58,768 bases of DNA from an uncultured virus (IMG/VR IMGVR_UViG_3300034091_000431) (IMGVR_UViG_3300034091_000431), one strand, 5' to 3'; counted from the stretch's first letter, positions 26,459-35,835 are shown. Made by a program: numbers and translations. Notes: a model not told the origin generated them from the sequence alone.

Positions 26459-29113
26459 TCACCAGGCTTCTCGCTTATACGGGGTTAGCGGTTGTGCGTA
26501 TATCACGCATAGATTGTTTCTTATTCCGGTGAAAAAGTATTCGTTGTGCCCCACAATGGAACCAACGAGGTGCGGCGTATCTCTTACGGCGTTACCTGGA
26601 TGAATGTCCTCGATCACATAGAACCCACCGGGACGCAACCGACTGTAAAGATTGCGAAGTGTACTGAATTGATTTACGTCGACATGGCTCCCGTCATCGA
26701 CAATGAAATCAAACATCTTGTCGCCAACAGCGCGTTGCACGGCTGAAGCGTCAGTTGAGTCGCACAACACGGTCTGGATACGCTCTTCGCTGAATTGCGT
26801 GTCTGGCTGCACGTCCATACCCACAACCGAAGCGTTCCGGAAATAATCTCGCCATGCTCGCAGTGATCCGCCGGGTGAATACCCGGCACCGGCGTAACCG
26901 ACCATGCTGGAGTGGACGCCAGGGATCATTGTACCTATGCCGACCTCCAGTACGGACCGCACTTGCTCTCGTCGACCGTCTAGTAGTGTGTGGTATAGCG
27001 GCGCGTAGCCGTTGACGAGCTTGTCGGTCCCGTATTTTTGGAAAAGCTGTACGAGGTCCATGTCCCTTCCGGCGACCCTGTTTACTCGAGTTTGTCCCTC
27101 GACAGCGTATCGCGCACGGACCTCCTTTTTCAGTACCGCCGGTGTGAGAGAGTCCGTTCGAGCATAGGAGGTGAAGCCTCGAACGCGCTCGAATTCGATC
27201 GCTACCTGATTCAGTTCCTCGGCCGAAGCCCTGGAGAAGAACGCGTTGCCCCAGTTGTAGAGATAAAGGATGTCCGGCATGAAGACCGATCGGTCTCGGC
27301 CAGCCAATTCCAGGACGCCAAACATGACGCGGGCATCGGGAACCGCACCAGCGTAGCTCCCGTCCACTTCCCGGAAGTCTTCATCGCGCATCTGCTTGAC
27401 CAAGCCGGCGCGGAAGGTCTTCAGGTGCGTGGCGTGCCAGTCCTCGTGTCGGGGGTTGTCCCCGACCGGCGCTGCAAACCCCATGCGTCCGTCGACCGAG
27501 AACTGCCCGTAGGTGACCCAGGCTCCTTTGCGATGGGCGTCCAAGACGCGCTCCAAAGCGTGGGGAGTCAACTCGTCGTCGCCGTCGAGCCACACGATGA
27601 TCTCGTCGTCGGGCAGATTCCTCCAGACGGATAGAAGGTTCGCTAATACCGAAGCGTCGGGCGCCACCGGAGACCGGACGTCGATGCGGTCGTCGTCGCT
27701 AGCCTCCTTGGTCGCCGCCTCCAGCGTCTCGTCGCCGAGAGCGAACAGGACGTGGCGGAACGAGGCGTGAGTCTGCGCTCGCACGCTCTTCACTGACCGC
27801 GCTGCGGCCGACGGTGCGTTCTTCACGGTCCCTGTGATGGTTACGCCTGGTCCGACCACGTCGCGTACAAACCTCAAGATGCCGAAGCGTTTCGACGGCG
27901 CCAGGCGGAGACCTGCCGCTTCAGCAATCTCCGTGATGCATCGAATCTGTCCCCCGAGGTCTCCGCCGACCGGATGCGCCTCGACGAGCAGGACCTTCAC
28001 GACCGAGAGGTGTCGGAAGCCGGTCAGGATGTCCACCTCGGCGCCTTCGGTGTCGACCTTCAGGACGTCGCACGGCGGCAACTCGGTCGCGTCCATGGTC
28101 GGCACGTCCACCCACGTGTCGAGCTTCTGGCTAACATGCGGCCAACTCACATCGTTACGAGTCGAGCACTCCTCGCGGTTGTTTACGCCTTCGTAGAGCC
28201 GGATGGTCTCGGCAGTCTTAGGATGCACGATCGCTGCTTGACAACACCTGATTTCGAGATTGCTGCGCGTGTTTGACTTGAGTAGCTCGAACGTCTCCGG
28301 ATGCGGCTCAAAAGCGAGAGCCTTGACGTTCGCCCATCGTTGGCACGCGTACCATAGGAACCCACCGACGTTTGAACCAACGTCGAGTACCTGCGGAGCG
28401 CTGAGGTTCGGCAGAGACTCGAGGTCGTACTCCTCACGCAGAAGTGTCAAGACATCGGATGGAGGCGGCAAGTCAAGCTTTTTATCTCGCTGAAAAATCA
28501 AGTTTCTATCACCAGCATACTGGCCGCCGGTGTCGTCACGAACCAACCTGAATCCCATGCTGGGCATCATCTTCAACAACGCGTGATAATCCGCCAACCC
28601 GTGCCACTCCAGCATGAGTGCTTGCACACCAGACATGTGCTGGTAGTCGGTAATTATCTCTATTTCGCAACCTTCGGTATCGAGCTTGATGATGTCGGCC
28701 GGCGGCAGGTCTCTCGCGCGCAGGGTCTTGACCATCAGACCGTCGGAACGCTGCTCACCCAGCATGTGGATGCTCCGCTGACCCGTGTTCCGGATGCCCT
28801 CGTGGAGCAAGAGCATCTCGGGTCGACCGGAGCCAACGACCGCACGTTCAACGACTGTAGAAAGCCCCTCAGTGTTCAGGCGACAGAACGCCGCACTCTC
28901 CGGGTGCGGCTCGTAGGTTGTGATCTGGGCTCCGGGCCACCGGGAGGCGGCCCACACGGAAAAGCTCCCGACGTGCCCCCCGATGTCAAGAATTCGCGCT
29001 GGGGCCGAGAACTCGAGGCCGGGAATGTCGTACGAGCCGCTCAGGACGACGGCCAGACCCTCAGCAACGCCGTCGGAGGCGGGGGGATAGACACGAAGTT
29101 TGAGCTCGTTCAT
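26459..29113 (-). CDS. Four-domain protein: FkbM methyltransferase x2 + GT2 + class I methyltransferase
   Basis: ILDIGGHVG..EPHP..KLDTEGCE; VLDVGSNVG..EPHP..KVDTEGAE; WLDGDD; GTDK..LEVGIG..GGSLRAW..IVDDGSH. Confidence 0.9.
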   Translation of the reverse strand: MNELKLRVYPPASDGVAEGLAVVLSGSYDIPGLEFSAPARILDIGGHVGSFSVWAASRWPGAQITTYEPHPESAAFCRLNTEGLSTVVERAVVGSGRPEMLLLHEGIRNTGQRSIHMLGEQRSDGLMVKTLRARDLPPADIIKLDTEGCEIEIITDYQHMSGVQALMLEWHGLADYHALLKMMPSMGFRLVRDDTGGQYAGDRNLIFQRDKKLDLPPPSDVLTLLREEYDLESLPNLSAPQVLDVGSNVGGFLWYACQRWANVKALAFEPHPETFELLKSNTRSNLEIRCCQAAIVHPKTAETIRLYEGVNNREECSTRNDVSWPHVSQKLDTWVDVPTMDATELPPCDVLKVDTEGAEVDILTGFRHLSVVKVLLVEAHPVGGDLGGQIRCITEIAEAAGLRLAPSKRFGILRFVRDVVGPGVTITGTVKNAPSAAARSVKSVRAQTHASFRHVLFALGDETLEAATKEASDDDRIDVRSPVAPDASVLANLLSVWRNLPDDEIIVWLDGDDELTPHALERVLDAHRKGAWVTYGQFSVDGRMGFAAPVGDNPRHEDWHATHLKTFRAGLVKQMRDEDFREVDGSYAGAVPDARVMFGVLELAGRDRSVFMPDILYLYNWGNAFFSRASAEELNQVAIEFERVRGFTSYARTDSLTPAVLKKEVRARYAVEGQTRVNRVAGRDMDLVQLFQKYGTDKLVNGYAPLYHTLLDGRREQVRSVLEVGIGTMIPGVHSSMVGYAGAGYSPGGSLRAWRDYFRNASVVGMDVQPDTQFSEERIQTVLCDSTDASAVQRAVGDKMFDFIVDDGSHVDVNQFSTLRNLYSRLRPGGFYVIEDIHPGNAVRDTPHLVGSIVGHNEYFFTGIRNNLCVIYAQPLTPYKREAW

Positions 29114-29148
29114 CTTTTTCCTGGATTGTTCGCCAGATACGCGGGCAG

Positions 29149-29187
29149 ATTATGTGCCAACGAAAAAGACACGTCAAGGGCCTTGCG
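29149..29187 (-). promoter_or_regulatory. sigma70 promoter, copy A of a 37-bp direct repeat
   Basis: Minus strand TTGACG-17 bp-CATAAT upstream of the 884-aa gene. Confidence 0.75.
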
Positions 29188-29228
29188 TGGAACTTCGGCC
29201 CCCCAATAGCGTCAGTAGCGCCCGACCC

Positions 29229-29462
29229 ATGCTTTTTCTGAGCGAACTCATTGCTGCCCTCCGTTTGGCCCAGTCCGTGGGCGAGCGTCCGCATGGTCAC
29301 TTCGACCACGATGTGAACGCGGTGTGCGGTCCAGCGAAGCCAGAGTCGACACGGCCTCGAGCTCAGGGCCGCACTACGTCGGCCGCTCCGGCTTCGATCG
29401 ATGGCTTCGAGGTGACGGAGGATCCCGTTACTGGTGAGCTCCTCTATTCCGTCCGACGTTAG
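29229..29462 (+). CDS. Hypothetical protein
   Basis: MLFLSELIAAL...EDPVTGELLYSVRR. Confidence 0.45.
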   Translation: MLFLSELIAALRLAQSVGERPHGHFDHDVNAVCGPAKPESTRPRAQGRTTSAAPASIDGFEVTEDPVTGELLYSVRR

Positions 29463-29475
29463 CCTCCCTCCGCCT

Positions 29476-29892
29476 ATGCTGAAGCTGGCGGGGGGAACGC
29501 ACTTCCTTGTCGTGAGCAGGTCGGTGGGCAGCCCTCACCGATTGTGGATGTTTCGTCGTTTCGACGACGCCCTTACAAAGTGGGATGGCGGGTCGCGTCT
29601 GAGCCCGCTGATCGCCTTTCAAGGCGCAGAGGTTCCCACATTCACTGAGGGAACTGAAACTTGGTTGCTGTTCGCGGGGCCGGTCTTCCCCGGCGAACTA
29701 GATCCCGAGGAACTGCCGCCACAGCTGTTCTTGAGCCTTGGGCTCTACAATCTCGTCATCATCACCTCCGACCCCGGTTGGCGAGAGCGTGCGAGGACAT
29801 ACGTGGATGCTCGCCATGTCCCCTGGGAGGAATGGCATCTCAAAGGCTCTAAACACAATGGAATCGTTTGTGGATTGCATTCAAACGCGTGA
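29476..29892 (+). CDS. Hypothetical protein
   Basis: MLKLAGGTHFLVVSR...; globular composition. Confidence 0.55.
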   Translation: MLKLAGGTHFLVVSRSVGSPHRLWMFRRFDDALTKWDGGSRLSPLIAFQGAEVPTFTEGTETWLLFAGPVFPGELDPEELPPQLFLSLGLYNLVIITSDPGWRERARTYVDARHVPWEEWHLKGSKHNGIVCGLHSNA

Positions 29893-29922
29893 ATGCTCGA
29901 CTGCGGAAACGCCGCTGCATGG

Positions 29923-30105
29923 TTACGCCTTTATCTTTCGTGCCGCCGTCAGCGCTAGCTGACGCACCCACGCCGAAGCTCCACCCGCGCCCGCCCTCTC
30001 TGCTGCCGCTGTAATCTCCCCCTTCTCGGAAGACGTCACACGCAGGACTAGGGCCTCGTCCTTGACGGTACCCTTAGGCTTTTTCGGTCGTCCGCGTCCG
30101 GCCAC
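29923..30105 (-). CDS. Ribbon-helix-helix DNA-binding protein
   Basis: GRGRPKK..LVLRVTSSEKGEITAAAERAG..SAWVRQLAL. Confidence 0.75.
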   Translation of the reverse strand: MAGRGRPKKPKGTVKDEALVLRVTSSEKGEITAAAERAGAGGASAWVRQLALTAARKIKA

Positions 30106-30112
30106 GGCCGAT

Positions 30113-30151
30113 AATATGTGCCAACGGAAAAGATACGTCAAGGGCCTTGCG
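30113..30151 (-). promoter_or_regulatory. sigma70 promoter, copy B of the 37-bp direct repeat
   Basis: TTGACG-17 bp-CATATT immediately upstream of the RHH gene; 35/37 identical to copy A. Confidence 0.75.
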
Positions 30152-30194
30152 CGGTCCTTTATCGTTGCTACGATAAGTGGTGAAGGAGACCAAC

Positions 30195-30962
30195 ATGTAC
30201 GTCAAGACGGTGGTTGCGGTTTCGGCTATCCTGCTCGCCGGTTGCGGCGGCTCGGCGTTCTCAATGGGAACAGAGCTCGTGGACGATGCCGGCGAGGCGG
30301 GAGACGTCGTTGCCAGGGTGGACGCGGACGATGCAGGGATGCAGGTCGTCACGACCGATGCGGACGCCGGCAAGATGCCGATGGACGCAGCGCTGGAGGC
30401 GCAAGTCGATGCGGACGCCGGCGAAACACCGGAAGCCGCAACGCATGCAGACGCGGCTCCGGACGCCCACGTTTCAGCGTGCACTTGCGGCGACGCTGGC
30501 ACCTCCTGCTTCTATTCAGTGTCCGAGCCCCCGTCTGGCTACGGCGCACCCTATCCAGTGACGACGGTGGTGCTGACGCCGAGCGCTCCTACCGCAACGT
30601 TCACCGCAACAGTTGCCGGCCTGCCGCAGCCATATCACGATCCCGTATTGTACGACCTCGACCTCAGCACCTTCGTCAACGGCGGAACCATCTACATCCA
30701 AGGGCAGGTCGGCGACGGAAGTTGCAGCGTGTCGTCCTACCTAATGGCACAATGCGGAGAGATATCCACCACAGGTTCGTTTCCGTCTACTCCATTGGAG
30801 CAAATCGGAGGCGTAGCAGCGAGCAGTGCCTGGACGTTCCCAAGCTACCAGTTTCCCGCGGGCACGATCGTGCTTCACTTTGGCACTGAAGGCGCTTGGG
30901 GCTTTCCGGCTGGCTCCACGAACACGAACAAGGTCACGGTGCTCGTACAGCCAGCGTCCTAG
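30195..30962 (+). CDS. Lipoprotein with DAG-rich linker and beta-sandwich domain, copy 1
   Basis: AAGGAG RBS; ILLAGC lipobox; paralogue of 38298-39005. Confidence 0.8.
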   Translation: MYVKTVVAVSAILLAGCGGSAFSMGTELVDDAGEAGDVVARVDADDAGMQVVTTDADAGKMPMDAALEAQVDADAGETPEAATHADAAPDAHVSACTCGDAGTSCFYSVSEPPSGYGAPYPVTTVVLTPSAPTATFTATVAGLPQPYHDPVLYDLDLSTFVNGGTIYIQGQVGDGSCSVSSYLMAQCGEISTTGSFPSTPLEQIGGVAASSAWTFPSYQFPAGTIVLHFGTEGAWGFPAGSTNTNKVTVLVQPAS

Positions 30963-31459
30963 CGCCCCGCCGCCCGGATCCCCCACACGAACCCGCCCGA
31001 AACCGTTGCGAGCGCCGCCGCGCAAACCAGCACGAGCCCCCAGTCGGTGCGCTCGGGCGGCCGGGTCGCCGAGACCGAGTAGAGCGCCAGCTCGGGGTCG
31101 GGGGTCGCGAGCGCGGGGTCGGTGGCGTCGGCGGCGCTGAGGCCGCTCGAGGGGGATGATGGTTTGTAGAGCGTGATTCCGGCCCAGCAGATGTCGGTCA
31201 GGAGTGTCGTTGTACCGTCCGGATTGTGCTGGAAATGCCAGTTGTGATGATCCTTCCGAGCCAAGACAGGCGTTCCGCCCCACATCATCGTAAACGTCTG
31301 CCCGTACGGGTAGCTCGCGATTCGGTCGCGAAGTGCGATCGCCCATTGCGTGAGCTCCTGCGGCACCGGTCCCTTCCAGACTACGTACCCCGCCGGCGGT
31401 GGGGGATTGCTCGGGCAGGCCTCCCCGAAGACGACCGGCTGACCGTTGCGGTAGATCAC
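30959..31459 (-). CDS. Tail-anchored membrane protein
   Basis: C-terminal WGLVLVCAAALATVSGGFVWGI; GTGA overlap. Confidence 0.7.
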   Translation of the reverse strand: MIYRNGQPVVFGEACPSNPPPPAGYVVWKGPVPQELTQWAIALRDRIASYPYGQTFTMMWGGTPVLARKDHHNWHFQHNPDGTTTLLTDICWAGITLYKPSSPSSGLSAADATDPALATPDPELALYSVSATRPPERTDWGLVLVCAAALATVSGGFVWGIRAAGR

Positions 31460-32142
31460 GCGAACCTCGCTCGCGCTTCGTCGGCGGCGACCGCAGCGAT
31501 GACGGCCAAGAGGGCGACGCCGAAGACGGCGGTGGCGCCGCTTGGGGGCGTCGCAGGAGGACGGACACGAGAGAAGTCGGTGTAGTCGTCGCCGTACACC
31601 TGCTCGCGAGGATACTCACCTGGCCGCATCGCGTACACACGAGCCAAAGCGTCGCGTACGTCAGCTCGTTGCGCCTGCTGCACCATCACGTTTGCGATGT
31701 CCCGCACCGTAAAATAGCCCTTCTTACAGCCGGGATCGAACACGTGACAATTACCGCGGTACCCAGAACTGGGAGCAGCGTAGACGACACTATCCAGCGA
31801 GGGCATGCTCTTGAGCAGAGCGGCTCTCAGCTGCGACACCATGAGCTTGGTCGACGAACCGATCGGTCCCTGCCCGAGTGCGGACTTCCAGTACGCGAAT
31901 ATCGGACCGGAGAGCTGCTGGGAAGCCGACCACGTCTGGTACTCGTTGACCGGCACATTGACGTAAAGCTCGTAGGTGCCAGGACAGAACTGGTTGAGTC
32001 CCACGCAACCGCCGGAATTTAGGATCGCCGGATTGAATCCGCTCTCCAGCGCCAGGACGGGGAGCTGCCACTCCGGCCGGATGCCCAGCTGATCGCTCAC
32101 CTTCCAGAGCGCATCACCAAAGGCAGGCCAGTCGAGCGCCAC
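31456..32142 (-). CDS. Lytic transglycosylase (SLT-like) with C-terminal membrane anchor
   Basis: LALESGFNPAILNSGGCVGLNQFCPGT (catalytic ES and GLxQ motifs); AVFGVALLAVIAAV. Confidence 0.8.
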   Translation of the reverse strand: MALDWPAFGDALWKVSDQLGIRPEWQLPVLALESGFNPAILNSGGCVGLNQFCPGTYELYVNVPVNEYQTWSASQQLSGPIFAYWKSALGQGPIGSSTKLMVSQLRAALLKSMPSLDSVVYAAPSSGYRGNCHVFDPGCKKGYFTVRDIANVMVQQAQRADVRDALARVYAMRPGEYPREQVYGDDYTDFSRVRPPATPPSGATAVFGVALLAVIAAVAADEARARFA

Positions 32143-32151
32143 CGGCGCCTC

Positions 32152-32631
32152 TCAGACGGGGGTCGTGATGAGGACCAGGCTGCCGTTTGTCGCTGTTGCT
32201 CCAGTGGCAGTCGTACAATTCGCCTTGATGTCCACTTCGTGAGCACCGTCCGTCGGCGTCTCCCAGAACAGACTGAACGGAACTGGCTGGGGCGGGCTCG
32301 GGAAAATTCCACCGGAACTAGGCACGAAGGCGACAATGGAATAGGCTGGCGTCGGGGAACCGTCCAGATAGATGCCCACAGCAACTGTCGAATTGCCTGG
32401 CACCTCGGAACTGTTTGGCCACTGAAGCTGCCCGGAAAACATGACGATGATGCGCTCTTCCGCGCTACCAGCGTCGATGGGGCCATCCGGGAGAAGGCTA
32501 ACCGGAGGGGTATTGATAAAGTTGACAGGGGTCTTATTGACCACACTTTGCGAACTGATGGTCGGCTGACCGGAAAAATCCGGCGGATACGCTTCCGGAG
32601 ATTTGCCCTTGATTCCAGCGAGCTTGCCCAT
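32152..32631 (-). CDS. Small beta-sandwich virion protein, paralogue 3 (SPEAYP leader)
   Basis: MGKLAGIKGKSPEAYP; FSG..P(V)PFSL..H.VDIKA. Confidence 0.75.
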   Translation of the reverse strand: MGKLAGIKGKSPEAYPPDFSGQPTISSQSVVNKTPVNFINTPPVSLLPDGPIDAGSAEERIIVMFSGQLQWPNSSEVPGNSTVAVGIYLDGSPTPAYSIVAFVPSSGGIFPSPPQPVPFSLFWETPTDGAHEVDIKANCTTATGATATNGSLVLITTPV

Positions 32632-32641
32632 GAAATCCTCC

Positions 32642-33073
32642 TTAGGTGGTAACGATGTTGAGACTGCCACCCGCTGCGGCACTGGCTGTACCAGAAACCG
32701 TCGCGGCCTTGATGTCGAGGGCGCCACTGAGGGCCGTCTCAACGACCAGGCTGAACGGCGTCGGAGAGTTTGCCAGACCTCCCGAGGAGGCGGTCTCGAC
32801 AGAAATCGTGTAGACGACCACCCCGCCGACCACCACCTCTACGTTTACCGTCACGCCAGCGCTTGGACTGGGACTGACGAGCGTACCCGAGAACGCGATG
32901 ATGTTCTTGTGACCCGCCGCCAAAGCGATGGGATCAATGAGAAGGCTCGCGAGAACGGTCGAGAGACTCACCGGCGAACCATTTACTTGAGCCGTCGTGG
33001 TCACGATGCCCGAACGGTGAGGACTGTCGTACGTTTCCGGCGACCGACCCTTCAATCCAGCTACCTTGCTCAT
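32642..33073 (-). CDS. Small beta-sandwich virion protein, paralogue 2 (SPETYD leader)
   Basis: MSKVAGLKGRSPETYD; FSG..NVEVVV..PTPFSL..LDIKA. Confidence 0.75.
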   Translation of the reverse strand: MSKVAGLKGRSPETYDSPHRSGIVTTTAQVNGSPVSLSTVLASLLIDPIALAAGHKNIIAFSGTLVSPSPSAGVTVNVEVVVGGVVVYTISVETASSGGLANSPTPFSLVVETALSGALDIKAATVSGTASAAAGGSLNIVTT

Positions 33074-33081
33074 GGTTTTCC

Positions 33082-33528
33082 TTAGGCCGAGGTGACGACG
33101 ACAACGGCACTACCGTCTATCGCCTGGGATGTTCCGGAAGTTGCTTGAGCCTGGATGTCGATGGTGTGAGGACTCGCGGAGAGTCCACCAGTGACGTCGA
33201 AAGCGATGCCGAACGGCACCGGTGCGCCCGCCGTTTTGACATCCACTGCGTACGTGTAGACGGGAGTGCCGTCCACGATAACCTCCACGTTGGTGGCGGC
33301 GGCGCTCGGACTGGCAGTCTGCAAGACGCCGGAAAAGAGAACGAGAGCCTTGGCCGACACTGCGGGAGTAAAGCTGATCGGTGAGCTGAGAAGACTGGTG
33401 GGAGAGCTACTGTTGATAGCGACCGGCGAACCGGGCCCCACCTTCGGCAGCGTCTCCAGAACGTTCGACTTGATCGGTGCAGACGGATACGTCTCCGGCG
33501 ACCTGTTCTTCATACCTGCAATCTTCAT
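33082..33528 (-). CDS. Small beta-sandwich virion protein, paralogue 1 (SPETYP leader)
   Basis: GAGGAG RBS; MKIAGMKNRSPETYP; FSG..NVEVIVDG..PVPFGI..HTIDIQA. Confidence 0.75.
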   Translation of the reverse strand: MKIAGMKNRSPETYPSAPIKSNVLETLPKVGPGSPVAINSSSPTSLLSSPISFTPAVSAKALVLFSGVLQTASPSAAATNVEVIVDGTPVYTYAVDVKTAGAPVPFGIAFDVTGGLSASPHTIDIQAQATSGTSQAIDGSAVVVVTSA

Positions 33529-33538
33529 GGTCTTCTCC

Positions 33539-34078
33539 TCAGCTAACAGCCTTTGCGATGACGGCAGCCCACGGGGCGTACGACGCAGGATGAACGCCAT
33601 CGGCCGCCAACGACACGTTCGCGCCTGGCACCACCTCTACCCCGAGCGACTCAATCGCGGCCCGAACGAGCGGCGCGTTCACCCCCGCCGGAGGCTCGAT
33701 CCACACGACCCGCGAACCGATGCCGTGCAGGGCGCTGACGACGGCGTGGTAGTTCGCACCGTTCGGAGCGTTGCCGTCGTTCACGCCGAGAGCGACGAGG
33801 GTCAGGGTCGGCTGGTAGGTTGTCAGCCAACCCGGGAGCCATCCAGCCCACCGGGACGTAGGCGCACCGACCTGCCCCGTGTACGTGAAGTTCGGCAGGA
33901 GCTTCGCGAGCTCCGGACCGAGACCGACTGCGTAGGAGTCGCCGATGAGGGCGATGCGGCGCGCGGCGAGAACCGTTCGCTGTTCCGATCGTTGTCTCGC
34001 AACGCTCGCGGTGGCGACGCCGATCGCGCCGAGCGCGAGCCCGGCGACCGCCAGCCACGGAACGAAGCGCTTGTCCAC
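33539..34078 (-). CDS. SGNH/GDSL hydrolase with N-terminal membrane anchor
   Basis: LIGDS, LGVND, DGVHP blocks. Confidence 0.9.
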   Translation of the reverse strand: MDKRFVPWLAVAGLALGAIGVATASVARQRSEQRTVLAARRIALIGDSYAVGLGPELAKLLPNFTYTGQVGAPTSRWAGWLPGWLTTYQPTLTLVALGVNDGNAPNGANYHAVVSALHGIGSRVVWIEPPAGVNAPLVRAAIESLGVEVVPGANVSLAADGVHPASYAPWAAVIAKAVS

Positions 34079-34116
34079 CTCGGAGAGGTTACCCGAGATC
34101 TGCTCTGGTGTCGCTC

Positions 34117-34518
34117 TTACCGTATCAGCTCTGACTCTGCCGCCTCAAGCGCCTTCATGGCGTAGGTCTCTCGTCTCTCGGCTCGCTTCGGGCTCGAGTC
34201 GAGCGATGCGAGGCCAGCGGCGCGGAGCTCCCGCAGCCAGTACCTGGCCTGGTCAGCGAGAGAAAGGCGTCGAGCGACAGCGCAGGGGATCTGGAGGTAG
34301 GAGCAGCTGACGTTCGCCTTCGCGTCCCACGACCACGGGCGCGGCTGCACTTTCGCTCGGGACTCGAGCCACGCGTACGTCGTAAGGAGAGCCACTTCTC
34401 GCAGCGTTGCTTCGTCACCGACCGATACGATCGCGTCGACCACCGCGGGTTCTGCGGCGCGATCGGCACCAGGGGTGAGGTGGGTGAGTATGGCGAGAAC
34501 TAGGGCTTTGGTCAGCAT
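34117..34518 (-). CDS. Hypothetical protein, possibly lysozyme-like fold
   Basis: MLTKALVLAIL...LLTTYAWLESR...YLQI. Confidence 0.5.
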   Translation of the reverse strand: MLTKALVLAILTHLTPGADRAAEPAVVDAIVSVGDEATLREVALLTTYAWLESRAKVQPRPWSWDAKANVSCSYLQIPCAVARRLSLADQARYWLRELRAAGLASLDSSPKRAERRETYAMKALEAAESELIR

Positions 34519-34615
34519 TGCGCGGACCGTAGACCGACCCGTTGACGCCACGCTAGCGTTTTCGACACCGTCCTGACGCAATGCGCCAGTACAGTGGGAG
34601 CATGAAGCTCGGTCT

Positions 34616-34942
34616 CTAACCGCCGAGGTCGACCCTGTAGCGTCGGTCACCGACGACGACGGCGACCTCGACCTTGCCGCCGAGAGCCTCCACGTACCGC
34701 TCCAGCGTCGAGAGCTTCACGTCCTGACGTGCCTCGAGCTTCGATACGTCGCCTTGCGCCATCCCCGTCTCACGCGAGACGTCGGCTTGCGTCTTGCCGA
34801 AAGCCACGCGAAGCAGCTTCAGGTTGTAGAGACGACCCGACTTCGAGCCTCGCGCTCCGACGGGTCTGACGCGGCTCCAGTCGATGTCCTCGGGACCGTT
34901 GATCTCCGGGTCTGCAACGGATTTTGTGTGCGGTTTGCTCAA
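34616..34942 (-). CDS. XRE-family HTH regulator/antitoxin
   Basis: LKLLR...TQADVSRETGMAQGDVSKLE..DVKLSTLERYVEALGG. Confidence 0.85.
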   Translation of the reverse strand: MSKPHTKSVADPEINGPEDIDWSRVRPVGARGSKSGRLYNLKLLRVAFGKTQADVSRETGMAQGDVSKLEARQDVKLSTLERYVEALGGKVEVAVVVGDRRYRVDLGG

Positions 34943-35511
34943 AATCGCACCGATCGACCATGTCGCAGGTCGTCGAGGAACACGACAAAATCTTTCTCAG
35001 CACCTGGATAAACGAGTGCCGCGATGCGACGCGCGTCCGTTTCGTCACCACTGGTGAGCCTCTTGATGACGTGCCCAATGTCGGCGATGTCCTGGTACTT
35101 GTCCTCGATCTTTCGCGACGGTGAGACGGCCGCGTGAAACTTCAAGGCGCAAAGCGCTCCTAGCCGCACAACATTCAGCTGCTGACCAAGAACAGTTGCT
35201 GGTTCGGCTTCTTTGAACGCTGCACGAAGGACCGGGTTGGCGTCCGAGGACACGATGTCGGCAAACGATTTCTCGGCACCGGGAGCGTAGATGCGGAGCA
35301 TGCCTGGAAACGATCGCACGACGTAACCGCTGTTCTGCGCGGCGCTAGCGACCCGCTTGAGAAACCGGGCAGGCACGAGCATGTCGACGTCGATCGTGGC
35401 ACGCTGGTAACCGTGGTAGCCGACCGCCAAACCGCCGATGAGCGTGCAATCGGCACCAACATCCTCCAGGATGTCGAGCACCACTTGAAGGTCTTCTGCT
35501 CGATCGTCCAT
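34939..35511 (-). CDS. Pol-beta superfamily nucleotidyltransferase (AbiEii/DUF6036-like)
   Basis: LIGGLAVGYHG..RATIDVD...LK...KYQDIADI. Confidence 0.8.
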   Translation of the reverse strand: MDDRAEDLQVVLDILEDVGADCTLIGGLAVGYHGYQRATIDVDMLVPARFLKRVASAAQNSGYVVRSFPGMLRIYAPGAEKSFADIVSSDANPVLRAAFKEAEPATVLGQQLNVVRLGALCALKFHAAVSPSRKIEDKYQDIADIGHVIKRLTSGDETDARRIAALVYPGAEKDFVVFLDDLRHGRSVRF

Positions 35512-35580
35512 GACCTCGGTGAAGAAGGCTGCGTGAGCCATCCGACACAATATAGACCAAAGCCTATAAGTCGTCCAGCT

Positions 35581-35832
35581 CTAGCGCTTGCTCGCGAGCT
35601 CTTCCGACGCCCGATGGACGTCCATCAGGCGAGAGATCGCCGCTGCACGCTCCTCGGGGTTCGGCGCACGGACCTTCCAGGACCGGAAGAGAGCGAGCAA
35701 GGCGCCCGCATCGCGCCGCAACTCTTCAGCCTCAGGTAGCCCCTCGAGCCGCGCGATCGCCTCGACGAGCGTCTGCTCGAAGACGGCGACGGTTCCTGAA
35801 GGGCGTACGGTGGGCGTCTCGTCGCTCGGCAC
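35581..35832 (-). CDS. Hypothetical helical protein
   Basis: 83-aa ORF filling the gap in the minus-strand run. Confidence 0.55.
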   Translation of the reverse strand: MPSDETPTVRPSGTVAVFEQTLVEAIARLEGLPEAEELRRDAGALLALFRSWKVRAPNPEERAAAISRLMDVHRASEELASKR

Positions 35833-35835
35833 GGG

